Position numbers and translations under genes: made by a program. A model generated the notes under the pieces. The model was not told where the DNA came from and ran no database searches. It saw nothing but the letters and a program-made list of their open reading frames with translations. From NCBI GenBank assembly GCA_963666835.2, contig CAXXGO010000001.1, forward strand, positions 160,001-224,000: DNA of 64,000 bases, read 5' to 3'. Below, piece after piece: positions 39,346-50,192 of the stretch. Source of the DNA: Phycisphaerae bacterium (GTDB lineage Bacteria > Planctomycetota > Phycisphaerae > UBA1845). Positions within the stretch are counted from its first letter, which is position 1, and each line of letters starts with the position of its first letter.

Positions 39346-40383
39346 CTAAAACGGGGTCATTACCGGTTCACCGCGAACGGCTATGACCATTGCCACTGCC
39401 GCGGCACCGGTTAGAAGAGGGAGCACGACACCATACACGACGATAATGCCGGTGGCGTGCCACGGCGAGCGGACCAATTGCCGGGTGCGGTCGCTCAACA
39501 AAGACCCAATCCACCCGGCGGCCGTGAGCACCGCTACACCCACCACGGCCAGGTCGCGTCCCAGCCGATACTCCGGCGGAAGGCTGGAACGGAAGCTGTC
39601 CGTCAGGAACTCGTATCGGAGGAAAACCTCGATCCCCATACCGATTCCGACCAGGATCGCCATGTGGATAAGGCGATGGGCTTCGTAGTTTGCCGCGGCG
39701 ATAATCGTCCGCGGAACTCGGGCGAAGTCCGGCAAGCGGCGGCGCATCCGAAAGCGAAGTCCGATCAGGCCGGGACCGGCCCAGGCGGCTAAAGCCCAAG
39801 CCACAATGGGGCAACAAAACGACAGAAAAGTCCACGACGGCTCGAAACGCAACCGGTTGGTGGTTACGGTCGTCGGGGCACGCAGGCCTTTGGAATACAC
39901 ATCCTCGTCGATATGGTCTTCGTACCGGCAGAACCGTCCGCCGAATCCGGTAACGTAGATGAACACTCCACTGTCGATCCGGGCTCCGGAGACATCCGTG
40001 TGGAAGTACTGGGTCGAGGTTTGCACGACCAGTCCATCACAAACCGCGCCGCACCCCAGAATCATCGCAGTTGCGATAAGGGCGCAAAGGCCCGCGCGGT
40101 TGAGAGAGCGACGAAAGTCGCGCTCCCGGTCCAAAGCCCACCACCACCCCGGAGCACGCTTGCGGAGCGGAGCCCACAGGCTCGAAAAGAACCACTTTCC
40201 GGAGTCGACGGCCTGCCAGACCTGACGGCGGTAGTCGGCCGGGACCCCGCGCAGGCCGCACTCGGGGCAATCGGGCGGACCCTCCGGGTTAGGGAGATTA
40301 TGACCGCAAGCCGCGCACCGCCGGCGGGCCTCCGCCAGGAGTCGATTCACGGAAGCTCTCTTGTCGGCTTCGTCGATCGGCAT
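39346..40383 (-). CDS. Zinc-ribbon multi-pass membrane protein
   Basis: CAACGHNL...CPECG followed by about five hydrophobic segments. Confidence 0.7.
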   Translation of the reverse strand: MPIDEADKRASVNRLLAEARRRCAACGHNLPNPEGPPDCPECGLRGVPADYRRQVWQAVDSGKWFFSSLWAPLRKRAPGWWWALDRERDFRRSLNRAGLCALIATAMILGCGAVCDGLVVQTSTQYFHTDVSGARIDSGVFIYVTGFGGRFCRYEDHIDEDVYSKGLRAPTTVTTNRLRFEPSWTFLSFCCPIVAWALAAWAGPGLIGLRFRMRRRLPDFARVPRTIIAAANYEAHRLIHMAILVGIGMGIEVFLRYEFLTDSFRSSLPPEYRLGRDLAVVGVAVLTAAGWIGSLLSDRTRQLVRSPWHATGIIVVYGVVLPLLTGAAAVAMVIAVRGEPVMTPF

Positions 40384-40440
40384 CCCTCGGGCTCACCTAC
40401 TCGATCCGCGCGAGGCGGTTGCTCTCACGTTTCGCCGGGG

Positions 40441-41121
40441 TCACGCTGACCGAGGCTTGACACATTCGGGAGTATCGTTGGCCGGATTGCCGACCGCCCG
40501 GCCCACTGGATAGGCCGTCATCTCCTCGGCTGAATAAGGTACCAGCAACTCGCGCAATCCGGCACCCGGGCTCACCTTAGGGTCGAGCCAGGTTTCGAAG
40601 TCTCTTCGCCGCAAGATCACCGGCATGCGGTTGTGCAGCGGGCGTAGCAGCTTGTTCGGCTCCGTTGTTATTATGGTACACGAATCCAGCTCGGAGCCAT
40701 CCGCGCCCGCCCAGTGTTCCCACAGCCCGGCGAACCCCAGCGGGCCGCCGTCGCTCATCCGGATGTAATACGGCTGCTTGCCCTTCATCCCGGGCACCGC
40801 TTGCCATTCGTAGAAACCGTCGGCGACGACGAGACACCGGCGACGTTCGAAGGCCGCCCGGAATGACGGCTTGTCCGCAATGGTCTCGGCGCGGGCGTTG
40901 ATCATCCGCGCCCCGCTGCCCGGATCCTGAGCCCAGGAGGGCACCAGCCCCCAGAACAGCAAATCGAACCGCCGACGGGAACCATGCGGAGGTATCCGCA
41001 CTACCGGTGCCGGCTGGGTGGGTGCGATATTGTACCGGGGGACCACGTCGGGCGCGTCGGCCAGCTCAAAGAACTCCGCCAGCACCTCACCCGACGAAGT
41101 CAACGAGAACCGCCCGCACAT
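40441..41121 (-). CDS. SOS response-associated peptidase (SRAP/YedK/HMCES family, abasic-site crosslinking)
   Basis: MCGRF N-terminus, RYNIAPTQ, INARAET, RRCLVVADGFYEW, HNRMPVIL. Confidence 0.95.
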   Translation of the reverse strand: MCGRFSLTSSGEVLAEFFELADAPDVVPRYNIAPTQPAPVVRIPPHGSRRRFDLLFWGLVPSWAQDPGSGARMINARAETIADKPSFRAAFERRRCLVVADGFYEWQAVPGMKGKQPYYIRMSDGGPLGFAGLWEHWAGADGSELDSCTIITTEPNKLLRPLHNRMPVILRRRDFETWLDPKVSPGAGLRELLVPYSAEEMTAYPVGRAVGNPANDTPECVKPRSA

Positions 41122-41185
41122 GTCTCAATCCTTATTGACTGGCTCCCGCTCCGGAGGGAGCCGCGGCCTCCGGCGCGTGGACCGT

Positions 41186-42859
41186 CTATTCCTGGCGGGT
41201 GACGCGCAGGGCTTCCTCAACGGTGGTCAGACCCTCACGGATCTTCTCGATGGCGTCATCCCGCAGGGTGATGGCGCCGTTTTTGATGGCATACTCCTGA
41301 AGTCGCTCCATCGAGGCCATCTCCATGACCAGGGCGGACAGCCCGGCGTCGAAGGGTACGAATTCGAAGACCCCGACCCGATCGAAGTATCCGGTCCGCA
41401 TGCACCGTGAACAGCCTGCCCCGCGGTAAATCTCAACACCCGTTCGATCCAGCGGGATGTTCATAATCTGTCGTTCGGTGCGGTTCGGAGTGTACGGCTT
41501 CCGGCAGTTCGTACAGATCTTTCGGACCAGTCGCTGGGCCATGACCCCGATCAAACCGCTCGCCACCAGGTACGGCTCACATCCCATTTCAAGCAGCCGG
41601 GTAACCGACCCGACGGCCGAGTTCGTGTGCAACGTGGCAAACACCAGGTGCCCGGTCAGAGACGCTTCTAAGGCAAGGTGTGCCGTCTCCTCGTCGCGAA
41701 TCTCGCCGACCATAACCACGTCCGGATCGTGCCGGAGAATACTGCGCAGCGCGCGGGCGAAGGAAACGCCGTACTCGGCATCCACGGAAACCTGATTTAC
41801 TCCCGGGATGTGGTACTCGACCGGGTCCTCCACCGTAATGATGTGTTTGTCCACAACGTTAATGCACTGCAGCGCCGCGTATAGTGTCGTGCTCTTGCCA
41901 CTCCCGGTCGGCCCGGTGAGCAGGATAATCCCGTAGGGCCGGCGGATCAGCCGCTCGAACGCCTGCCGGAGCTCCACCCCCATCCCGAGGTTCTCCAACG
42001 TGAGGCGTGAACGATCGGAGGATAACAGCCGCAGAGTCGCCCGCTCACCCCGGGCTACCGGAATGATGGCGACCCTAACGTCCACCTGCTGATCGAAACT
42101 GCGGTGGCTGAAACGCCCGTCCAGCGGCTTGCGCCGCTCCGTAATGTCCAACGAGCACAAGACCTTTAAACGCGACAATAACGCCGCCGAAACATCCAGC
42201 GGATAGGCCCGCACTTCCACCATCCGCCCGTCGATTCGCAGACGAACACGCAGCCGGTCGTCCTCCGGCTCCAGATGGATGTCACTCGCCCGGCGGTCCA
42301 CGGCCTCATCCAGAATGCTGTCCAACTGCTCGACCATGCTGAGCCCGGTCGCCGAGGTGGTGGCCACACTGGCCGAAGTGGGAGCCGTGGGGCGCATTCG
42401 CGCCCCCTGAGCGCGAGCCCCCCCATAAACTTCGTCGAGGGTCTCAACGATCTGATAACGCGGGCTCACCACCAGTTGCACCGGACGGTCGAAGCGAGAG
42501 GCTACCGCCGCCTGGACCGAAGGGTCCACCGGATCCGCTACCGTAGCAACAAGCTGTCCGGCCACCTCACCGAAGAGCAGGCAGATCTTCTGCCGGGCGA
42601 TATTTTCGGGGAAGGTAAGTGCCCACGCCCGCGATGGGCGGCGCCGCGTTAGATCCAAGTAACGAACGCCGCTCAAGTCCGCATAGACCCGGGCGACGTC
42701 TATCTCGCTTATCACGTCATGGGCTTGCAGAATCTCGACGATCGGCAGGCCCATTAACTCCGATTCTCGGCGCATCGCGGCCAGGCCGACGGGGGTCAAC
42801 GTGCCCTCGTCCAGCAAACTCGAGACAATTCGCTGCTCGGCAGACTCTGCGGCAATCAT
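41186..42859 (-). CDS. GspE/PilB family secretion/pilus assembly ATPase
   Basis: ASDIHLEP, TGPTGSGKSTTLY, TVEDPVE, LRHDPDVVMVGEIRD, TGHLVFATLHTN, CxxC...CxxC. Confidence 0.93.
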   Translation of the reverse strand: MIAAESAEQRIVSSLLDEGTLTPVGLAAMRRESELMGLPIVEILQAHDVISEIDVARVYADLSGVRYLDLTRRRPSRAWALTFPENIARQKICLLFGEVAGQLVATVADPVDPSVQAAVASRFDRPVQLVVSPRYQIVETLDEVYGGARAQGARMRPTAPTSASVATTSATGLSMVEQLDSILDEAVDRRASDIHLEPEDDRLRVRLRIDGRMVEVRAYPLDVSAALLSRLKVLCSLDITERRKPLDGRFSHRSFDQQVDVRVAIIPVARGERATLRLLSSDRSRLTLENLGMGVELRQAFERLIRRPYGIILLTGPTGSGKSTTLYAALQCINVVDKHIITVEDPVEYHIPGVNQVSVDAEYGVSFARALRSILRHDPDVVMVGEIRDEETAHLALEASLTGHLVFATLHTNSAVGSVTRLLEMGCEPYLVASGLIGVMAQRLVRKICTNCRKPYTPNRTERQIMNIPLDRTGVEIYRGAGCSRCMRTGYFDRVGVFEFVPFDAGLSALVMEMASMERLQEYAIKNGAITLRDDAIEKIREGLTTVEEALRVTRQE

Positions 42860-42909
42860 GGCAACAACTGACCATAAGCGGGAGCCCTCACCTTACGCAG
42901 GGCGATCCC

Positions 42910-44520
42910 CTATCCGAAGCCGAGTACGAGAACCAAAGCGTCGTCGTCAGGCTGAGCCCCGGCCAGATGGTTCGACCACGTCAGCCCAATGCGCGACAGA
43001 ACGTCCATGGCCGTCCCCCAGGCGGCGCGATCCAGAAACGTATCGTGCAAGCGGTTATCGCCGAGCGTCTCTCCGGCGGAGTTAGTCGCCTCCACCAGGC
43101 CGTTGGTATGACACACCAGCCGGAATGAGTCCGGCAGATCCACCCGGGTGCCCTCATAGAGGTAATCCCGATCGATCCCCAGAACCAGCGAGGGCTGGTC
43201 CAGAGTTATCAACCGCCCCGGCGCTATCATCAACAGCGGCGCCATGCACCCGGCGTTGATGTACACCAGCTTCCCGGATGCCATGTCAATCCCGACGTAC
43301 GCACACGGAATCACCTGCCGGGCTCGCGAGGAAGCCACCATGTGGTTCAGCTCGTTGAAAACCGGGGCAGGGTCCATTAAGGACTCTTCCGCGACGGCCA
43401 ACGCCGCCCGAATCCCCGCGCGAATCGTAGTAGATTGCACGATACCGTTTATGCCCTGCCCGCCGCCGTCGACTACGAGACAACACGCCCGCTGTTCATC
43501 GAGGTGCAACACATCACCGAAATCGCCACAGCGCGCCCGGCCCGGATAGCACTTCAACGCCGTGTCGAACGAGTCGTTGGACGCGGCCGGATAGCTTAGT
43601 GACGCCTGCACGCGCCGCAGCATGGTCATCCACGCCACGCCCTCGCGCGCCGCCGACCGCACTAGCCGCCGAGAAGCTTCCCCGAGCATTGCCCCCAGTT
43701 GCGCCCCGGCCGCCATGCAATATTGCAGCGCGGAGGCTTGGAACGGCTTCTTCGCCGTCGGTCGGTCGACATACAACACCCCGACCACCTCACCCCGGAA
43801 CGTCAGCGGTGCGACGACGGCCGTCGCCGCAAAGCCCAGCTTCGGATTGATCTTCGACGCCGACTGCGGATACCTACCGGCCACCTGCTGCAGCACGGGA
43901 GCCATCAAGAAGGATTGACTCACCGATTTGGCCGAGCCATCCACCGGTCGGCGCATGGCTCGCTGGGCCAGCGGGCGCATGTCCGTCTTCTTCTCTCCGC
44001 GCAAAGCGATGATCGCCCGATCCGCCTGGACGTCCAGAACGATCTGCCCTAACGCCGCTTCCGCGATGTCTTCCGGGCGGGCCATCAACGCCTGATCGCT
44101 CCACAACAGCGCCAATTGCTCCATTTGCGCATTAGTCATGGAGATCGGGTGCCGGACCTTGGCCCAGTCACAATCCGGCGGGTCGGTTTGGTCGGTACTG
44201 ACGAAATCGGGATCGAGTTTCTCGGTGCCGGAATCGTCGAGGAACTCCAGTACGTGTTCCCCGACCCGGATCACGTCGCCCCCGATTAGCAGCGTCTCGG
44301 CGATGAGTTCACCGTTGACGTACGTCTTGTTCCGGCTGCCCAGATCGCGGATTCGGAATCGCCCGTCCGATTCCATATCGATGCGCACGTGCTCGCGCGA
44401 GATCAACTCACCATCGAAGACAATCTGACAGGTCGGGGCTCTGCCAATCACGAACCCTTCGGTATCAAGAGTACGCGTGACAAGCTGGTGCGATTCGTCG
44501 ATGTAGCGTAGCAGAGCCAT
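42910..44520 (-). CDS. FHA-GAF-SpoIIE (PP2C-like) domain protein
   Basis: FHA motifs IGR...SREH...DLGSRNKT; GAF motif GVLYVD; PP2C-like CGDF, YINAG, HTNGLVEA, DDD. Confidence 0.85.
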   Translation of the reverse strand: MALLRYIDESHQLVTRTLDTEGFVIGRAPTCQIVFDGELISREHVRIDMESDGRFRIRDLGSRNKTYVNGELIAETLLIGGDVIRVGEHVLEFLDDSGTEKLDPDFVSTDQTDPPDCDWAKVRHPISMTNAQMEQLALLWSDQALMARPEDIAEAALGQIVLDVQADRAIIALRGEKKTDMRPLAQRAMRRPVDGSAKSVSQSFLMAPVLQQVAGRYPQSASKINPKLGFAATAVVAPLTFRGEVVGVLYVDRPTAKKPFQASALQYCMAAGAQLGAMLGEASRRLVRSAAREGVAWMTMLRRVQASLSYPAASNDSFDTALKCYPGRARCGDFGDVLHLDEQRACCLVVDGGGQGINGIVQSTTIRAGIRAALAVAEESLMDPAPVFNELNHMVASSRARQVIPCAYVGIDMASGKLVYINAGCMAPLLMIAPGRLITLDQPSLVLGIDRDYLYEGTRVDLPDSFRLVCHTNGLVEATNSAGETLGDNRLHDTFLDRAAWGTAMDVLSRIGLTWSNHLAGAQPDDDALVLVLGFG

Positions 44521-44616
44521 ACCCAATTACTATAGTCGGCCTCACTTCACTGGCAAGGGGGCTCCGCAAGACCGTTCTGATTGCGTTTCCCGCAAACTCG
44601 GCGCAGATTGGGGCTC

Positions 44617-45396
44617 ATGGCAACTGAACCTCCAATGAAAGACGTGCCGGACCTGTTCGATTCGGCAGAACGCTACGATAAGTCGATCAATTGGGAGGCC
44701 CGCTTTGGCCGTGAGCTACCCATGCTGCAAAAGGTGCTCGGCCCCCCGCGTGCGCAAGGCCTGCTGGATGCCGGTTGCGGTACGGGGCGACATGCCCGCG
44801 CCCTTGCCGGTCTCGGCTACACCGTCGTCGGGGCGGACCTCAGCGCAGACATGATCCGCATTGCCCGGCGTGACTCGGCCACCGCAGCGCCGTCGCCGGA
44901 GTTTGTCATCGCTGCCTTCGAGGGCATGCAGGATGTTGTCCAACGCGAGTTCGACGGGCTGTATTGTCTGGGCAACGCACTCGCCGCCGCCGGAACCCGC
45001 GAAGCGGTCCGCCGGGCGCTCGCGGAATTCGGCCTTTGCTTACGCCCGGGCGGACGTCTGTTCTGCCAAATACTGAACTTCGCCAGAATGCGGAGAGAGC
45101 AGCCTTGCGTACGCGGTCCGCGCCGAGCGGTCGTCGAGAATCGGGAGTATGTCTCCGTGCGGCTCTTCCACTTCCGTGAGGATCAGGCCGAGGTTACCAA
45201 TGTCACTTTGTGGCATGACGGCGATTGGCAGAAACGCGCCCACTGTGCGTATCTCTACCCGATGGAACTTGGCGAGTTCCGAGCGTTCTGCGAACAGGCG
45301 GGCATGCGGGTCGACTACGTCTGGGGAGACTACGCGCGAAGTCCGTTCGATCCGGAGCGTTCCGTGGATCTGCTATTAGCCGCTACGCGGTTGTAG
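44617..45396 (+). CDS. Class I SAM-dependent methyltransferase
   Basis: LLDAGCGTGRH, GADLS, FDGLYCLGN, LRPGG. Confidence 0.9.
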   Translation: MATEPPMKDVPDLFDSAERYDKSINWEARFGRELPMLQKVLGPPRAQGLLDAGCGTGRHARALAGLGYTVVGADLSADMIRIARRDSATAAPSPEFVIAAFEGMQDVVQREFDGLYCLGNALAAAGTREAVRRALAEFGLCLRPGGRLFCQILNFARMRREQPCVRGPRRAVVENREYVSVRLFHFREDQAEVTNVTLWHDGDWQKRAHCAYLYPMELGEFRAFCEQAGMRVDYVWGDYARSPFDPERSVDLLLAATRL

Positions 45397-47029
45397 GTGC
45401 CGCGGGGACCCGTTCGGGGACCGTACCGCGGGCTTGTCGAGCGACTCGAACGTTGTACGGAGCAACCGGGCCGTCGGACGAGTCGGACCGGCAATGCACC
45501 CCCAGCGACTCGGTCCGCTCCAGCGCGGACATCGCCACCAATCGGGCAACGGCGAGTTTGTTCTGCGTCTCCCAGCCGGTCCGGTCGTCGAAGGTCTTAT
45601 CCAGCGTGAAGCGCTCCCAGAACTTGAGGATATCACACGTCTCCGCCAGCCGTTCGCCGCTCCGGACGATCCCGACGTTACGCCACATCACGCTGCGAAG
45701 AGAGTGACAGATATCTGCCAGGTCCAATTCCGTGCGGGCGGATTCGGGGTTCTTGCTGACCGCATCGCGCACCGGCGCCGCCTGGGGTAGCTCGGCCCCG
45801 CGGCGAACCGCGGTTTGCCCCGCCAGCTTGCCGAAGACCAGCCCTTCCAGAAGCGAGTTGCTCGCCAAACGGTTCGCCCCGTGTACCCCGGTGGATGCCG
45901 CTTCTCCGCAGCAAAGCAGACCTTCTACGGAAGTAGTCCCGTCCACGCCGGCCTCTACCCCGCCGATCATGTAGTGCGCGCTGGGACGGACCGGGATCAG
46001 GTCACGAGTTACGTCAATATCGAAGTCGGCGCAGAGCTTGGCAATCTGAGGGAAACGATCGGCGAAACCGGACATGTGCCGGACATCGAGGAAGACGCAG
46101 TTCGAGTTCGTGACTCTGATGTGCTCGACAATTGCCTGGCTGACCACGTCGCGCGAAGCCAGCTCCGCCTCCGGATGATATCCGGGCATGAACCGGTCCC
46201 CGGCTCGGTCAACCAGATACGCGCCTTCACCTCGTACCGCCTCGGAGATCAACGCCCGCCCCGCACCCGCTACGTAAAGCGTGGTCGGATGAAACTGCAT
46301 TAAGTCCATATTGCGGAGGGCGGCTCCCGCCCGGTACGCCGCAGCCAGCCCGTCGCCAGTGGCCATCGGCGGGTTGGTCGTCTCCCGCCAGAGCTGCCCG
46401 CACCCCCCGGACGCCAGGATGGTTTGCTTCGCCCAAATCAACTGATGTCCGTGGCTGCGATGAAAGGTGACCGCACCCCGGCATACCCCCTCAGTGGTGA
46501 CCAGATCGATAAGGAAGCAATGCTCAAAAACGCGAATATTGGCGCTGGCGGCGATCCGCTCGGTGAGGGTGCCCACCAGAGCTTCCCCCGTCCGGTCGCC
46601 GTGGGCGTGCACTACCCGGTTAAGCGAATGCCCGCCCTCGCGTGTCAACGCCGGTACCGATCCGCAACGGTCGATCGGCAGCCCCCAATCCGCCAGTTCC
46701 TTGATACAGCTCGGCCCGTTGGTGACGAGGATCTCGACCGCCAGGGGGTCGTTCAGCCCGCAACCGGCGCGTATCGTATCGGCCGCGTGCCGCTCCGCAG
46801 AGTCGCCGGAGTCCAGCGCCGCCGCGACCCCGCCCTGAGCGTGACGGGTCGTGGAATCCTGCAGATCCCCTTTGGTGAGCATCACCACCGGACCGGATTC
46901 TGCGGCCTCGAGCGCCGCGCGCGCTCCGGCGACCCCGCTTCCGATAACCAGGACATCGGTAAGGGCATTGCCCGTGCGGGTCGAATCGAAGTCTGTCAGG
47001 TACCGTCGGATATCCAGTAGCTCGGCCAT
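45383..47029 (-). CDS. nadB: L-aspartate oxidase
   Basis: IGSGVAG, AQGGVAA, REGGHS, QFHPT, LISEAVRGEG, SAHYMIGG, GVHGANRLASNSLLEG, ESLGVHCRSD. Confidence 0.93.
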   Translation of the reverse strand: MAELLDIRRYLTDFDSTRTGNALTDVLVIGSGVAGARAALEAAESGPVVMLTKGDLQDSTTRHAQGGVAAALDSGDSAERHAADTIRAGCGLNDPLAVEILVTNGPSCIKELADWGLPIDRCGSVPALTREGGHSLNRVVHAHGDRTGEALVGTLTERIAASANIRVFEHCFLIDLVTTEGVCRGAVTFHRSHGHQLIWAKQTILASGGCGQLWRETTNPPMATGDGLAAAYRAGAALRNMDLMQFHPTTLYVAGAGRALISEAVRGEGAYLVDRAGDRFMPGYHPEAELASRDVVSQAIVEHIRVTNSNCVFLDVRHMSGFADRFPQIAKLCADFDIDVTRDLIPVRPSAHYMIGGVEAGVDGTTSVEGLLCCGEAASTGVHGANRLASNSLLEGLVFGKLAGQTAVRRGAELPQAAPVRDAVSKNPESARTELDLADICHSLRSVMWRNVGIVRSGERLAETCDILKFWERFTLDKTFDDRTGWETQNKLAVARLVAMSALERTESLGVHCRSDSSDGPVAPYNVRVARQARGTVPERVPAAPTTA

Positions 47030-47224
47030 GGCGCGGCTCATGGTAGGCAGGGGGGGATTCCACCGCAATCCCACCCCACCGGGCACTTGTGCACGCCTGC
47101 TGACGTTCGGGGGCACCGAATCGGGCACACCACCTCTAAGACCGTCTTACCCAATGACCGATATTATGGGCGTGGGGAATCCCCGTACCGGCGGTCCGGC
47201 GATAAGCGATCCGGATGCGAACTC

Positions 47225-49885
47225 ATGACCACGACCGTGCGCACGATTGTCTGTCTAGCCTGGGCGATGAGTATCTGCCCGGGCACGCTCGGTGGAACAT
47301 CTGATGAAACCGAGCCGGCCTCGGCGCGCGTCGTTCACCGGTTCGATTTCGATGAGCGCGCCGCCGGGAACCTGGAGGACATTCCAAGATACTGGCTCCC
47401 GCTGCGCCCGCCGGGGTTTCCCAGGTTCGCCGTCGGGGAGTTTGACTTCGAAGTGGGGCGGGCGGCGCCCCCGTCGTTCTACTTGGGATGTAACGGGCGA
47501 CAAGTCGCATATCAATACAACGGCCCCGAAACACGCGTGCGGGCCAACAGCGCATACCGGATCGAGGCATTCGTTCGACCGGATCGCCTGGTCAGCGCCC
47601 GAGCGTGTCTCAGTGCCCATTTTCTGGACAAACACGGACGAATCCTCCTGGATACGATGGTGCGATCCCAACACGTCGGGGGTGCCTCGGGGCCGAGTGG
47701 ATGGTCTCGATTGGAACTGTATCTTCCGGCTGCCCCCAAGGAGGCTGCAAGGGTGGGGTTGGTCGCCTGGATCCTCCAGGAGCCGCTATGGGACACCGCG
47801 GCGCTTCCTAAGTGGCATATCCCCCGGGTCGACGTGCAGGCCGGGGCCTGGTTCGACGACATCACGATTCACGCCTTGCCTCAAGTGGAATTGGGCACCA
47901 GTGCCCCCGGCAATGTCCTTACGGCCGATGGTCCCCAAGAGCTTCGGATCGTCCTGGCAGACAATGAATCGGAGGGACTGACGGGGCTTCTCAAGATCCG
48001 AGCCGCGGATGGCGACCTCGTCGAGCGCCGTTCGTTGGTCGTCGTCACCGAAGAACATGTCGAGCCCACGGTTATTCCGGTGGACCATCTCGATCCGGGG
48101 CTCTACGTGGCTCAACTTCAAGTACTCTCAGGCGATACGGAAGTGATCTCGCGTAGCTTAGCCTTCGCCCGGCTGGCCCCGTCGTATCGCGTCGGGGACG
48201 GTAATGCCCGCCCGTTCGGAGTGGTAGTCGAGCCGGGCTCCCGGAGTGACAGCGAGACCGAGTTGAATCTGCTGCAGCGTCAAACGGTCCGTTCGGTTAA
48301 GTTGCCCGTGTGGACGGGTCTGGCGCAAGACCCGCCGACGCCGGCCCAGCGCCGCGCCGCGGACCATCTTATCCAGGAACTCGTCCGGGAGGGGTTCGCT
48401 CTGACCGGGGTGTTCTACGGATCCCCGAGCGCAATCATGCGCAACGCCGGCCCCTACCCGCGCCCGCTGCTCGACCTTCTCAGCGACAAACCCAGCTTAT
48501 GGCAAGAGCACATGGCTGCCGTCGTGGCTCCCAACGCCGGAACGTTTCGTTGGTGGCAGGTAGGCCCGGATGGTCCCGATGGGCCGGTGAACACGGAGAA
48601 GCTCTCAACTGCGGTGGGCCGGTTGCGCGAGGCGATGAGCCGGTTTATCACCGTGCCCCAACTGTCGACTTCGGCGGCCATGTCGGTCGAGCCGGCGTCG
48701 GAGAAACTGCCGGTTGAGCAGATCACACTGGCCGCCGGTGCGGAGATCCCCCCAGGCTGGCTGGCTTCCCAACTCGCCAGGTTCGCCGAACAGGGCTATG
48801 ACCGAGTATCGTTGTATATTGAGCCGCTTTCCGCCCAGGAGTATCGCCGTGTACCCCGACTGGCGGATTGGGCTCGGAGAATCCTCACCGCGAGATTCGC
48901 CGGGGTGGATACGATCTTTGTGCCACAAACCTGGCATGTACGGGACACGGCCTTCGGTCGGGTGACCGAACCCACCGAAGAGTTCATCGTCCTCCGCACG
49001 ATCGCCGATGTGATCGCCGATACGATTCCCGCCCAGCACGTTCGGCTCGGCTCCGGAATCGAGTGCTTCGCGTTCCGCGAGGGCGACTCGGTCATCCTGG
49101 CCGTCTGGGACGCTCAGGCTCCCCCCGAAGGTCGCAAGTTCCCGGTGCAACTGGGACAGGCTCAACGCCAGATCGATCTGTGGGGACGCTCGACCCGCTT
49201 GCACCACGACGAGCACGGTCGGCAGATTCTGCACCTGTCCTCCGCACCGATTTTCGTCGACGGCATCGAACGGTGGCTCATCGATCTGCGCACCTCCCTC
49301 AACATCCGACCCGACAAAATCGAATCCGGGACGGAACTCGCCCATCACCAGGTCGAGTTCGCTTACTACGGTTCCAAACCCGTCTCCGGAGACGTTTTTC
49401 TCGATGCCCCGGAACCCTGGGAGGTCAGCCCGCGGGCGCTTAGCTTCGCCATCATGCCCCAGCGAACCGAGACTCTGCCCATACAAGTCCGCTATCCCCA
49501 CAATGAGGTTGCGGGAGTCAGGGACGTGGTTGCCAAGCTGTCTTTGAGCAGCGACGACTACTACCTGGAGGTGCCGTTGTCGATTGAGATCGGCCTGGAA
49601 GCCGTCGAGGTCTCGGGGCTGGCGGTGATCGAAGGAACCGACCTGGTCGTCCGACACACGCTTACCAACCGTTCAGACGAGGTCATTCACTTTCGGGGCG
49701 CCGCCCAAGTCTCGGGTCGGCAACGGCAGTATCGCCCGTTCTCCAACCTCCAGCCGGGCGACACGCAGACCGCGGTCTATCGATTCGCCAACGCTCAGAA
49801 CCTGGCCGGGAGCACAGTCCGCGTCGGCCTGCGGGAAATGAACGACGGCCCCCGCACGCATACCTTGGAACTGACCGTTCCGTGA
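47225..49885 (+). CDS. Large secreted hypothetical protein (CBM-like N-terminus, Ig/NEW3-like C-terminal domains)
   Basis: 886-codon ORF with signal peptide; AWFDDI jelly-roll motif; DAPEPWEVSP NEW3-like segment. Confidence 0.7.
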   Translation: MTTTVRTIVCLAWAMSICPGTLGGTSDETEPASARVVHRFDFDERAAGNLEDIPRYWLPLRPPGFPRFAVGEFDFEVGRAAPPSFYLGCNGRQVAYQYNGPETRVRANSAYRIEAFVRPDRLVSARACLSAHFLDKHGRILLDTMVRSQHVGGASGPSGWSRLELYLPAAPKEAARVGLVAWILQEPLWDTAALPKWHIPRVDVQAGAWFDDITIHALPQVELGTSAPGNVLTADGPQELRIVLADNESEGLTGLLKIRAADGDLVERRSLVVVTEEHVEPTVIPVDHLDPGLYVAQLQVLSGDTEVISRSLAFARLAPSYRVGDGNARPFGVVVEPGSRSDSETELNLLQRQTVRSVKLPVWTGLAQDPPTPAQRRAADHLIQELVREGFALTGVFYGSPSAIMRNAGPYPRPLLDLLSDKPSLWQEHMAAVVAPNAGTFRWWQVGPDGPDGPVNTEKLSTAVGRLREAMSRFITVPQLSTSAAMSVEPASEKLPVEQITLAAGAEIPPGWLASQLARFAEQGYDRVSLYIEPLSAQEYRRVPRLADWARRILTARFAGVDTIFVPQTWHVRDTAFGRVTEPTEEFIVLRTIADVIADTIPAQHVRLGSGIECFAFREGDSVILAVWDAQAPPEGRKFPVQLGQAQRQIDLWGRSTRLHHDEHGRQILHLSSAPIFVDGIERWLIDLRTSLNIRPDKIESGTELAHHQVEFAYYGSKPVSGDVFLDAPEPWEVSPRALSFAIMPQRTETLPIQVRYPHNEVAGVRDVVAKLSLSSDDYYLEVPLSIEIGLEAVEVSGLAVIEGTDLVVRHTLTNRSDEVIHFRGAAQVSGRQRQYRPFSNLQPGDTQTAVYRFANAQNLAGSTVRVGLREMNDGPRTHTLELTVP

Positions 49886-50192
49886 GCACGAGGGCTCGCC
49901 GAGCGTGCCGTGACCGACTCGCCGCCCCGCCGTTTTCACAACGAACATCGCCCATTCGATTCCATTTGGACAGTATGATTAGCAGCACGCATTACATGGT
50001 GACGCTTGCGGAGGTCTGCAAAGAAAGTCGATTGTCCGCAATTGGTGACTGGCGTCTTGCCTTCGGTGATCCTATACTTATCGGCAGCGCTGTCGTGGGG
50101 GGCAGCGCGTGGTGCAAGATAGTTAACCCGCGGGGCATTTCACACAAAGCCGCCCGGCGGACGATTAACTAGTGAATGGAGGTACGCAGGTT

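Noticed and set aside
48605..49657. Long antisense ORFs (also 9806-10825, 36442-37419, 29443-30252)
   Set aside because: High-GC shadows of well-supported genes on the opposite strand.
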